Below, piece after piece: positions 1 to 12,100 of a stretch of 64,000 nucleotides of DNA. Position 1 is the stretch's first letter, and each line of letters starts with the position of its first letter. The DNA is taken from assembly GCA_026023565.1 (NCBI GenBank), contig JAPETS010000018.1:186001-250000 (forward strand). Direction: 5' to 3'. The translations under genes and the position numbers were made by a program. This DNA comes from Cirrosporium novae-zelandiae. Taxonomy: Eukaryota. The notes below the pieces were generated by a model. The model was not told the DNA's origin. It made no database searches and saw only the letters and a program-made list of their open reading frames with translations.

Positions 1-776
1 AAGCATCGCGAGACCGTTGTACGCCATTACAATAGCGTCACATGCGTTTTTCCCGTTCCATGGAGCGGCCGCTGCATGCGATGATTCGCCGTGGAATTCC
101 GCTCGGAACTTCAGTGAGGCCCTCAGGATGCATACGGGGGTAGAGAAATCGGGCATCGCGTGTGTCATCATGCACGCGTCACAATCTTTCCATGCACCGT
201 TGTTGGCCATGATGTATTTACCTCCACCGGTCTCCTCTGCAGGCGTACCCATGACGACGAGAGTGCCAGCGATCTGGAACGTGGACATGGCAGCGGAGGC
301 ACCCACGGCGGATGCCAAAGTAGAGGTTGCAATTAGGTTGTGTCCACATGCGTGGCCAACTTCAGGGAGTGCATCTATACCAGAGAAGCCATCGTTAGAG
401 AGCCTTTCTAATCCGAGAATAGCAAGGTAAATACCATATTCAGCATTATAACATATCGTTCGGCCTCCATCCTTTACTGAAAACCTCGCCTCAAATGCCG
501 TGTCGATACCATATACACCTCTTTTGACTTTCCAGCCTCGACTCTCAAACCAATCCGAAAGGAGCTTGCAGGCTCTTAGCTCCTTGAACATAACCTCAGG
601 GTTGTTGTAAATCTCTCCATCCCATCATGTCAATGTCAAGTACCAAGTTCGAAGGATACTGCATTTCTTACCTCATGGTTCATGCGATGCAATTCATCAC
701 TTGCCGAGTCAACTGCAGAAGATACAGCTTTGATGATATCGGGCGACGACATGGTAGGCATGCAGTGATTGGTCAT
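1..776 (-). CDS. Peptidase M20 family amidohydrolase (PM20D2/ACY1L2-like), 3' end runs off the window
   Basis: Manual minus-strand splicing (2 introns) gives ...HE/IYNNPEVMFKE...NAEY/DALPEVGHACGHNLIA...GTPAEETGGGK...HAAAAPWNGKNACDA, the characteristic M20D motifs. The start is ATG 776 or 752. Confidence 0.9.
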
Positions 777-1249
777 CCTGAGATGTGGATGGGGAGTTTA
801 GGAGCTTTTGGGGCTTGTGGGTAGAGTATCATATTTTTGCTGGCCTCGCGGGGTCCGGAGGACTGATATAGGATCTCCAGACATGATCCGATCTAGACGG
901 ATCAAGGAAAGGTCTGGTCTTTAATGGGGGATAAAGTCGGAGACCACCATAAAACTAAACAAATGATATAATCCCGTTGATAGTGGGCGGTTGCAGTCGG
1001 CCGGCCCGACCGACGGTCGGACCGACACCAAAGCCATGATGCCAAGCTTGATAGGGAGTTGAACTGCCTTGAAAAACACCCAATTCTACATGGTATGATT
1101 TGGAGAAGATAACAAACTTGAGCTTGGCCAGATAAACATAATGCATATAAACAGCTATCAAAGGTTCAAAATGAGCCGTGGACAATTGGAGAATCAAGTT
1201 CTCCTGCTACTTCAATCAGCTCTTAGTTAGCAACAACCCCCTTGGAACA
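777..1249. promoter_or_regulatory. Bidirectional promoter with overlapping CGG/CCG inverted repeats and several GATAA motifs
   Basis: Lies between two divergent ATGs. Contains GTCGGCCGGCCCGACCGACGGTCGGACCGAC at 996-1026 and GATAA at ~930, ~1108 and ~1131. Confidence 0.55.
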
Positions 1250-3526
1250 ATGGCCCCAGAAAAGACGGATTCTATGGGCGTGTCCAACATTCGCTCGGTA
1301 GAGGACCTGGGAGTTGGCGATGATGCTGCCTTTGAGACCATCCAAGCTTCTGGGCTGCTTGACATATCAAAGGCCAAGGACCGTCAAGTGTGTCGAAGAA
1401 TCGACTTTTTCTTACTCCCACTGGTGAGATGTCATCCTGAAACACTATGCACAACCTGAATTTAACTGACTCGGAATGCAGATGATGGGAACGTATCTTG
1501 TACAGGTGGGCATTATCCAAGAGTCAACTGTAATTCCTACATCACGCTGATGGCGTTGCAAGTTTCTGGACAAGTCTTGCATTTCTTATGCAGCTCTATG
1601 GGGAATGGAGGAAGATGCTCATCTCGAAGGAAGCCAGTATTCTTGTAGGTTGTGCAGATGCCTACCCTCGGGGTTGTTGGACCAGTCACTGAGTAAGATT
1701 AATCATCTCTATTATAGGGCTGACAACCATCTTTTACCTCGGATATTTGGTTGGTGAATTCCCCATGAATTACCTGTTTCAGAAAATCCATATCACTCGG
1801 GTCTGTGGAGTGCTCATGTAAGTTTACCTCCAAAGAATCTTCATGGCTACATATGAAGGCATTTTATTGATGTAGTGTAATTCCTATAGCTTCTTGTGGG
1901 GTGCTGTTCTTCTTTGTATGACTGCTGCCAATGACTTTCAAGGTCTTATGGCGTCACGCTTCTTTCTAGGATTATTGGAGAGTGGCGTTAGCCCATGCTT
2001 TGTTCTCCTAACTGCAATGTTTTACAAAAGGTACCATTCTGCTACAATCTAATTATTATTGTCAATCCTGAACTCTCCAAAGGTCTGAGCAACCCTTGAG
2101 GACGGGATTCTGGTTTTCTATGAATGGGTTGGCGCAGATTATTGGCGGGCCTGTTGCAGTCAGTAGAGTCTTACAGTTTACTCAATCTCCCCGAGCTGCT
2201 CAACGAGTACCTAACTCCCCAAACAGTATGGCATCGGGCTGATCCATAATGATGTTCCATCGTGGAAGGTAATACTCTTCATGCCATGTTGAGACGTAAA
2301 CAATCATGACTGACCATTTACGCAGTTTCCTTTCATCATCTTCGGCGCCATTACGGTCGTTTGGGCTATTGTATTCTTATTCTTTGCACCCCCTAACCCC
2401 ATGAAAGCAAAATGGCTCTCTCCACAGGAGAAAGTCATTGCAGTCGAACGGGTCGCACAGAATGAGACCGGCGTTGACAACAAGAAGTTCAAATGGTACC
2501 AAGTACGAGAAGCGTTCACAGACATGAAAGTTTGGGTGTTGGTACTCTTTACAATTGCGAGCAATATTCCCAATGTACATTATTATCCTGCATTCAAATA
2601 CCAACGAATCCTCGGGGTTCACTAATTTACTTACAGGGGGGCTTGATTGCCTTTGGGCCGTTGATTATCAATGGGTTTGGCTTCTCAAAATTAGGAACTA
2701 CACTCTTAGGCATGCCTATGGGTGCGGCGCAGGTCATAGCATTATGGATATCTGGGTATGTGACGTTGAGCCTAATCCTCTACATTAAATATCTTCAACA
2801 TTACTAACTTTAAATTATCTCAGATGGCTCGCCGGCTACTTCAAGAACTGCCGTCTGATTGTCATGGCCGGTGGCCTTGGAGTCGCCATTATTAGCGCCG
2901 CCATGATTTATGCAATTCCATCCGAATATAGTGTGGCTAGACTTATGTTAGTCAACTGCAGTCAATTTCTACAAAGCTATTTTTCCTAATCCTTTGCGTA
3001 GGGGTTATTATCTGTTACCCGGGTTTTGTGTAACCTACGTGCTCTCCCTTGGTCTCATCCAAGCCAATATTGCCGGCCGCACGAAGAAGAATATTGTTAC
3101 TGCCACGATGTTCGTCTCATACTGTATTGGCAACCTAATTGGACCTCAACTCTTCTTCGATAGTGAAGCTCCCCGCTATCAATCTGGCTTCATATCTATG
3201 CTCGTGTGCTTCTGCATTGAATTCTTACTCGTCATTCTGATGTACATTCTTTATTCTCGAGAAAACCACAAGGCAAGTACTTTTCGTATTCCAACTTGCT
3301 GCGTTGGTCTTTGTCCTAAAAAGTTGACTAACTGGCGTTGCAATGTATAGAGGGATGCCCTTCAGGAGGGAGAGACACATAGCCAAGAAGCTATCCGTAC
3401 GTTGGGACTATCGGATCTGACGGATGTAAGTGCCCACGCAGTGATAATTTACGGGCCGCTCAAATACTAATGCCATCCGTTGTTATCGTTTAGAAGGAAA
3501 ATCTCCATTTTAGATACGTTCTGTAA
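1250..3526 (+). CDS. MFS transporter, anion:cation symporter family (Dal5 allantoate/dipeptide permease-like), ~12 introns
   Basis: Spliced product contains RRIDFFLLPL, QFLDKSCISYA, WLTTIFYLGYLVGEFP, RFFLGLLESGVSP, SEQPLRTGFWF, FKWYQVREAFTD, NIAGRTKK, GNLIGPQLF and C-terminal DLTDKENLHFRYVL. Confidence 0.93.
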
Positions 3527-3920
3527 ACCTTACTAGTCATGAAATGGTAGCGTTGCCGAATCATCGTGGTTAAATCGGAGATAAATAATTTTAGTTTGCT
3601 TAGATTTAAAGGATTATAAAGATGGATACAATATGGACGATAGATAGGATCATTTTTTTCTGTTGAAACGAAACCAACGAGAGCATGCTTCATTATACCT
3701 CTTAGGATGCAACTTTTGTGTCTATAGATTATCCGACAAGCATTTGAAATCTGTTTTGGAGACTAAATTCAACCCTTCAAGGAAATCGAATTCTGCTAAT
3801 TATATTCCGGAAAGATAAGTTTAGAACAACTGGGACTAAGGCGTTGAATAAACTGACTGATCTCATGTGCTAGACCTGGCCTAATTGTTTTGAACCTTAG
3901 TCGGATTATAGATCGTTACT

Positions 3921-6485
3921 TTAGATGTCCTTCATAAGTAGGTCTCTACTACTGCTACTATTTCTATCATCAGGATTGAGCCGATGGCGTTCGATAGCCG
4001 CGAAATTATTAAGGAACGGGAAGTCCTGATGCCACCGCTTTTTTTGCTTGTCAGTCAACCGAGTCACATCCAGCACGAACGGTAAATGAACGCGAATCCC
4101 AAAAAGAAAACGTACCGGATCCTTCACAAACTCCGTTGCACTCCCCACAATATCGTACAGCACTTCTTCTTCGACTTCTTGCTGGTCTTGACAATCACCT
4201 TCACCTGACGGCGAGATGTGCAGCAGCAGCTCATCATCTAGCTGCACAATCTCGCTAATCTTGGTAAGCATACGTGAGATATCGGCAACGTAGCGGGTAG
4301 CTCCCGCTTCCTGGAACATGTGGCGCACGCGGTCGAGCATACGGACTATACTGGGGACATCGATGTAGCGATGGGCGACGACGATGGCCTTGAAGAGGAA
4401 GTTGGTGGCGAGGCTGAGAGGTGATGAGGAGTAGTCCTGTAATCGCAAGAGGAAACAGGATGTCAGCAGGTCTGTCTTGGGCTAACGGTGAAGGATGGAA
4501 GATACGAGAACAAAAAGAAGAGTTGATGGATATTGAAGAAAGAATCGATATAGTCGATATGGGTTTACAAGGAATAATACGAACTGTACAGACAATTGTA
4601 TATTTAAGGGAACTCTGGTAGCTCGCGGACTGGAGTCCAGAACGCAGAAGCAGTTTCCCAGCTTCCACGGCTCGATGAATGAACTGAAGATGTAGAGGGT
4701 TGTGGACCACTTGTTCCGAGGAGATATTGTGAAGAACAAAGCCGTTGATGTACCTATCGAAGTCAATCTAAATTATTTCGAGACTAGGTTCTATCGGATC
4801 TGCCTACATGCGAACAAAGGAGTATGGAATCAACATGCGATTTCGATCCTGGGGTCGAGAGAAAGTCTGGTATAAAGGATTGATGTTATTATTGATATTG
4901 TAGAACCACTCATCAGTTTTCTCGTTGAAAGAGCTAAGAAGGGGACCGAGGTTCTCGGGGAGGTGTCTAGAATCATCATTTCCCAAATTGAGAAAAGACT
5001 CTGTTGCGTTGGCTGGGAAGTTGATTTGCTAGTTAGAACTTGGTTTGCTTGCCAGGAAAGAGAAAAATCACAAACAGGCAATGTTAAAAAGTTTGAGGTA
5101 TGCAGCGATTCTGTAGTCTACGGTGTGGTAATATGGCGAGGATAACAAAAAGGGTCCGAGGTCGCCGTACTGCTCTCCTTTGTTGATTAGGCATGTTCGG
5201 TTCATGTTATATCTATGCCATGGTGAGCTCATCTCCCAGCAGGTCAGTTGGGCTATAAGCATACATTAGATCGAAACAGCAGAAAGTTAACCATGTTCTG
5301 GCCATGTCAATTTCAACTGGAGTCTGATTGCTTTTGTGTTTTAATCCCAAAGCCGCCGTGTGCAGTCCTAGCTCGTACGAGATAGACATTATGTAGCCCC
5401 ATAAGCGATCATACCGATGCCAGGCTACTATGAGCATGATACCTTTGAGGGCAGCGAGGCTAGGCGGTGGACCAGCTATTGTGTCATTGAGGAGGGATGT
5501 CGCTTCGGCCATACATGGTTGGTAGAGGACTGATCTTGCAGCACGAGCCCCAATAGTGCACATGGCAGCAAGAAGGAGAGGTGTTCCACGGACAACATGG
5601 AATGGGGGGACATTGTTATCAAAGAACGCAATGGTGTCGCTGCAGTGAATGCGAAAGCTTTACTAGGGTGAGACTAAGGATCTTTATCTTGAGTTGTGGT
5701 AGAAGGAGCAATAAGAGACATACTAATTGAACATCTCGGAACATTGTGCTTCTGTAATAATTCCTTTTGCCACGAGGTCTTGTTGCTTTGTATTTGGTTG
5801 TGGAATTGCGCTTGGAACTGAAAATGACGCCAAACTCCTTAACGACTGGGCCGCCTCAAAGGAGGCATAGGCACCATCATCCAGTATTAAATTATTTTGT
5901 CTTGAAAATGCCATATTATTTGACAACCTTCTGATCGAGACGTCCACTCCTTGTGGGCTTTGGATCCGATTTAGTACATCTTGCACATTTTGCAATGATT
6001 CCTGCAAGGTCTTTGATAGCTCTTCGACGCGTTCTTCAAGTATTGCTACTCTATCTACTCTTGAGATACACAAGGTAAAGTTAGATATGATCCTGAATGA
6101 TGCATCTGGAAGATTATCACTGAACTGGTCGACTTTGCTCTCGTTACTTGTATTCATGTTAATATCGGTTTTTCCTCTGCCTCGGGGTGGCACAAAGATG
6201 CATTCTACTCCGCTGGACTTGCATCTTTCCTTCAATTTAGCTGCAGTTTGGTTGAATTATTAAGAAATCTTACCGCTGACAGGGAATGCTATCTGGTCCA
6301 GCACATTTTACCCTTGGCTCCGTTAAGATTATATACCATACAACTTTGGTTTGGGTAACAATATTCACTTGAACTTGCGGCATCTAACACAGGCCAGCAG
6401 CGATCTATGGGTATCATATCAACGTCAGCCAGTAATTAACTTGACGTATATATATATACACTACATACCGGGTTGACTCAGCCAT
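3921..6485 (-). CDS. Zn(II)2Cys6 transcription factor with fungal-specific middle region, multi-intron
   Basis: The Zn cluster is assembled across small exons (ACVRCRKFKVKCAGPDSIPCQRCKSSGVECIF). It is followed by a coiled coil (RVAILEERVEEL), DLVAKGII, ELGLH and RTWLTFCCFD. The ORF-track pieces from 6235 down to 3921 join via GT-AG introns. Confidence 0.85.
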
Positions 6486-6819
6486 ATTTGCACCGACTCA
6501 TTGAGTGAAGGCGAGATGAAATGAATATTGAATTACAATGCCGATATAAGGAGGATTTTCAGCAGTAAGCTCTCCGGATCTTAGTTAATCCTAGATTGTG
6601 GCTAAGGCTAAAAATTTGTGATTAGAATACTTTTGAAAGTACAACGAGAATTCTTCCTCTAATCACTACAGTCTGTAGATACCTAGGTATCTAGTCAATT
6701 GATAAATATCTGGAATACCCTGGCCCTGCTTCTAAAACGTTCATCTAAGCTTCCATACAGCCTTCAAATATTCAAGGCAGAACACAGAAAGTTAACTACT
6801 AATGAATACACCTCGTATG

Positions 6820-7450
6820 CTACGAAGGAAGGTTCAAAGGGAATAACCAAAGGCGACAACTACGAGGGTGTAAAATAGCATAAACAGGCCCTAGAGGGCG
6901 AACAGTAATAGAGCAATCAAGTTTTGACCCAGAAAATTGTACCAATGGTAGCATGATCAACGAAGTTACCAAGGGTACTGAGGAGAGCAGATGATAGATA
7001 ACTACGATGCAGACGATCAGAACATAAATGATGGATACCAAGAGACAACGCATCCGCAAGAAACGATGGGACCGGAGGCGGACGCATTGTTTGTAAAGAC
7101 AGATATGGAAACATATTTTGGAACCACCACGAGCTTCGCAGACAATTGCTGGATATGCAATCAGAGATCCCCATCAAAGAGTAAACTATACACCCACCTC
7201 AGAGAAACAGGAGGGCGCCGCCAACCAGCAAAAGGAACAATGGTAAGTATAAAAACGACCCCGAGCATCCCAATAACGGAAACACCAGAAGTATATGCCG
7301 CAGAGAGTCAGAACCAGAATCATCGAATCCAAAGCGAACGCAAAAGGAATGTTGTACCATCGTATAAGCCATCCCGCGGACTTTTGTCCCAAGTATGATG
7401 GAGACTAAAGTTACATAAAATCTGCAAGGGAAGCTAACAACAATAATGGG
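6820..7450 (+). mobile_element. Possible degenerate retrotransposon gag-region relic
   Basis: A-rich broken ORF with CWICNQRSPSKSKLYTHLRE, a C2H2-like motif resembling that upstream of the protease in fungal LTR-element polyproteins. No RT or integrase is visible. Confidence 0.3.
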
Positions 7451-9190
7451 TTCATTTTTCCTAGACAGTTATATCAATGATGGATACGGTAGAGCCTTCA
7501 GCTAACAGGATTACGACCAGCCTCCTGGATTTTTGGAGCTCCTCCTGGTAGGATAGGGATATAATGCAAGGACAACTTTAATCCCAATAGAACAAGGCTA
7601 CCATCTGCATTAAATTCCGAGAGACTGGTATCTCTAGGATCGAATATCTTAGGTTAACCGGTAGTCCATTCGATAACATGGCAAACATCTCCCAAGCTAT
7701 AGGGAAAGAGCTTTCTGGTCCTTTGCCTCTCCTGTCAATTGACAATCACAGGACTTGGCCCTTCTGACATGTCGTTGGATGTCTGGCTGGCTGATGAGTC
7801 TGAAGAGTGCAGCAGGAACTTCCCGTCGTACGTATGTGAAATAACTAGTCATCCCCTTTTAATGAGATGGTGCATAAGATTGCATGCGATGGCAATGAGG
7901 AGAGAGGTTGTAAGCTGGGATCAAGAACTATTTTCTGACATCTTAGAGGTTTTACGGTTCCCTGAAGAGAGGAGCCATCTGGGTGGTTACCCCGAATCTC
8001 TCTACCCCATGGAAACCAGACACACGCTCCCAATTTTAAATCTTTTTGACTCCTAGGAAAACGCGGCCAAACTATAGCCTTATGCGGCAGCATCTTGATC
8101 CAAGATACTCTTAGACTATTTGTATTTATCTTTTGAATTTGGGGCCTATGAAAATTCAAACAATGCCGTCCACTTCGAATAGACTGCTATGGAATACCTA
8201 GTCGAGGTAAAATATTGTAAGAGCTTGATATGTTGTTCTATTATTCTAAAACCGTTTCGATGTCAGTCTCCCCACTTCACTTCACTATATCTTATAAGTC
8301 TTTCAACACATTATGATAATGACTACAAAATACGTTGCGACTCACGTCTCTCCAATGGTCTTGATGATGCTCATCCCACTTCACTGTAAATTGTCTCATC
8401 TATCTCCTGGAGTTTCCACGTTCCGCATTATCATTGCTTGCAGTTATTAAATATCAGAATGCTGCATAGGTACTTAGCTAAAGTGAAAAATTTAATAGGT
8501 GCTATGTTATACACTTGCGTACAAAAAGGCAATTTCCATAATTGCCAAGACTTACTAGATTTGCACCGTTTGGTTGTATGAACATCCGGTTACTTCAAGT
8601 ATCTCTCACTCTCCGCGTCTCTTTGTCTCTTCTACATGTTAACCGCCTAACCAAAGAACGAAAACCACATTTATTGCATATTAGGTTACTAATGATTGGA
8701 ATATCGGTCTTGACTGTATGATTTTATTCAAATTGAAATCTATTGCTCTTCAGAAACCCCTGTTTAAATAGTTGTTTCCATACGTGGTTCAAATAGAGTA
8801 CGGTCGGCTATGGCGCAAATTCTCAATAGCCAGACTCAAGACAAGGATGATCAAGAGGAAAAGAACTATTGGCCTGGAAATAAAACCACCATATTTAATA
8901 CGCGTTTCGCTCGTAGTTTTTTCACTGCCTGTGGACGCGATGGGATGATGCTTAAATGAAATGAAAGTGAGTAGCCTTAGGGCCCCCCAAACACCAACAA
9001 ACGCACATACGAACAACACAGCTTCCTATGCAAATGTCCCCAATAACAATCCTGGCACATTTTTCATCGAGATGATGCTAAATACAACTTGTCTTACTTC
9101 TGACCCTCCAAAATCCTCCATCTTTACTGACTCTTTGTTTCCCTCTCTAAAACCATTGTATAACTTTCTTCACCTTCTTTCCTTGATACA

Positions 9191-12100
9191 ATGGACACTT
9201 CTTCTACTTCTTCACCTACCTTATTAGAGTCACTTTTTAATCATATTGCACTACCTCCTCGGCTTCCTGGTAAACACGAACGTTCGATTGAACAGATTGG
9301 GCACGCGTTGATAGTTCGTTTGCTGAATGCTAGCCGCTTCTTACGAGACCTTACAAACAATGAGTTCCGTGATCAATGGGACTGTATTCGTCGCATACTC
9401 CAGACCTGCAAGACTGTTCACAGTGGAGGTAGAGTCAATAAATCTTCTCTGTTGACTGAATTTCGAACACTTGAACACAAAGATCTTCTCATTCTGCATA
9501 TCACGGAGCAGAATGCGGGCCTTCTCATCAGGCGGCACCACGAGTGAGTAACTCAAAACCAGCTTGCTTTACGCATAATCCATATGACTAACGTCTTGCC
9601 TTTGTCTTAGTGCACAAGGCCAAAGCGTTATATTTGAGGCGTTCGAAGTGTCTCCTCTTTCGGAGAGCGTTATTGCCTCAGAGAATGCTCTACAATGGGA
9701 TTTTCCGGGCTGTGCAATTGCAATTCCATTTTCGGAGTTCAATAATGCTTCCTTTCAAGATAACCTTGCTACCTTCCTTGAGCAAGCCAGTACAGAGCCA
9801 ATCAAGCGTTTCGCAGCACACACTAATAAGGCCGGATCATTTGCATTTGAAAGCCGTGACACTGTTGACCCCTCTTTAATTACACAGATGCTGATGACCT
9901 TCCTCGAAGTTAATGGCCACCGTATCTTCCCTCCGCTTCTCCGTAAACGTGTTCGAGATGACGTTTGCTGGACCAATGGAGCCCAGAATCCTTGGCGAAG
10001 ATGTTCATTTTGGCTACTGTTACGCGTGGGAATCCAGAGGCATCTTTGTACACTACTTGGTAGTGAAGTGGGACGGGTACACTATAAGTTCCTTATTTGT
10101 CTTGTACTTGCACGTCTACTGGAGGAGACCTTGACCCATCTCAATCCGGAATTGTTGGCTTTCCTCAAGGCGAAGTTATGTCGCCGTCTTGTCAAACTGG
10201 AGGTCGACAAAGATAGAGCTTCGCAATCTACCCGTACTGCCTATGAATACTTGTTTGCGGCACTTGGACCACTCCTTTATAAGACAACACAAAACGCGAC
10301 CGAACACATTAACACAGCCTGGATTAGTCTTAAGAAGACCATGCGAAGGCCCATTTTACCTTTGCCATGCCGTGCAGATCCACGGGACCTCTATTTAACA
10401 CTTCCTAACAGTGGGCTCTACCTTCAAAAAGTTCTTGACGAATACTTGTATGAATCTAGGGGACCTCGGTCTTCTGTACCTTACCAGCTACCAGTGGATT
10501 ATGACATCTCAGCCCCGATCACATCCCATCAGAGGGCTTTTGCCCAACTCTATTTCTCACTTTCGGAAACCGAAACAGATATGGCAAAAAATCACCTAGC
10601 TGAACTAGACGCGAAGGTTAATAGTGAGATTCGCTGCATAAAGCTTGTAAAGAAGCTTGAAACTTATCTCGATTCTGTAGCTGGTGTTTATGATTCTAAC
10701 CCGGAGCAGAAGAGTATCATGCTTCTGACGGTCATGGAAATTTGGATGTCCATAGATGAGTGTGCTATCAATCTTTTCAGGTTAATTAGGGACTACAATC
10801 CAGGCTTTGTACCTGAGATCTTGGATGTTCTGCAATTACCTCATTTTGAGGATATGTTGCGTTTGCAGAAAATCCAGAATTATCTCAAAGACCGCAATAC
10901 AAGTTGCAAATACTCTCGGATGACTATATTCAGCGACCCAACTAAAGGATGCTTCGCAGAACAGTTTTTCAACGAATCGGATAGGCTACAAGAACTTTAC
11001 CAAGACATCAAAGATGTGGCTGAACTGGCGTATACGAGGAAAGAACAGGAATGGCAGCGATTGAGCACAGAGTACGAGAATTTAATCAAAGCGATTGCTG
11101 AAAGCTCCTGCGTATTTACAACAGATGAGATGCCTCCTTTCCTTAGGATTCATGATGATCGCCACTGTACAAAGTGTTTCCTTCAGCGTAAGGCAAGGCG
11201 AGTCAAGATCCAGGTCCATGAGCATCCGCTCCCATCTAATCCTATCCAAGCAAAAGCAGTGGTATTTGAACTTGGATGTCCCAAAGCTTTTACAAGATAT
11301 CGAGATGTAACCTGGAGGATACTGAGAACCTTGGCGTGCCCCAAAAAGACCAACGGTGTCGAGCCACGAGTTCTACTTCGCGATTACTCTGAGCTCAAAT
11401 CGTTCAACAACTCAACGACATGTAGCCTTTCTCTAGCATCGGAATCGAAATCTTTTCTCGCGTCGCATTATTCACAGGTTCGTTTTCCAATGGGCTTAGA
11501 AGCTGTCTGTCTTCCAAATGGATTGAAATATGGCTATTTTGATATCTTGACCAAAGTGTGGTCTGGAGAACAGGCACAAAAGCCAACTTTTGCGCATCAT
11601 TGTCGGATGACAATACCCACAAACTCGCCGTTTTCGTCCTACCAGTCTTCACTTGACATTACCGTAGACAGGCCGTCTTCCTATGAAGTTGTCGCAAGCC
11701 AAACCAGATGCCCTCCTGGACTAAATGTCCATGAATTCATGGCCTACCAAGCTCTTTTTTCTGGCAAGAATCGTCGGTGGCCTGCAATACTAATTGAACT
11801 TGGTTCCTCAAATCTGAACTTTAGTACTGAAGCAACAACCTTGCTTATATCCCAACTAGCATTGCAAGTTGGCCCAACATACGAAAATGACACTCTCCGC
11901 ACTATACATAGAGTCTTTCGGGATGAATCCTTTTGTAGGAGATTGATAGACCAACTTAGTCAGCGTCTAAATGGCATATCATCTAATTGGCGTGAGACAC
12001 ATTGTATGGAGATGTTGATTGTTTTGATTCTCAGGTTGTGCTCTCTCGCATCTGAGCCTTCTGTCATTAGTGCAGCTGTTAAACTGGTCGAAATGGCTCG

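Noticed and set aside
17..430. Plus-strand 137-aa ORF, and the many other antisense or alternate-frame ORFs over real genes (e.g. 39717-40121, 61018-61494)
   Set aside because: They are shadows of well-supported genes and carry no motifs of their own.
3921..4766. Apparent separate hypothetical gene(s)
   Set aside because: They splice in frame as the 3' exons of the Zn2Cys6 TF starting at 6485.
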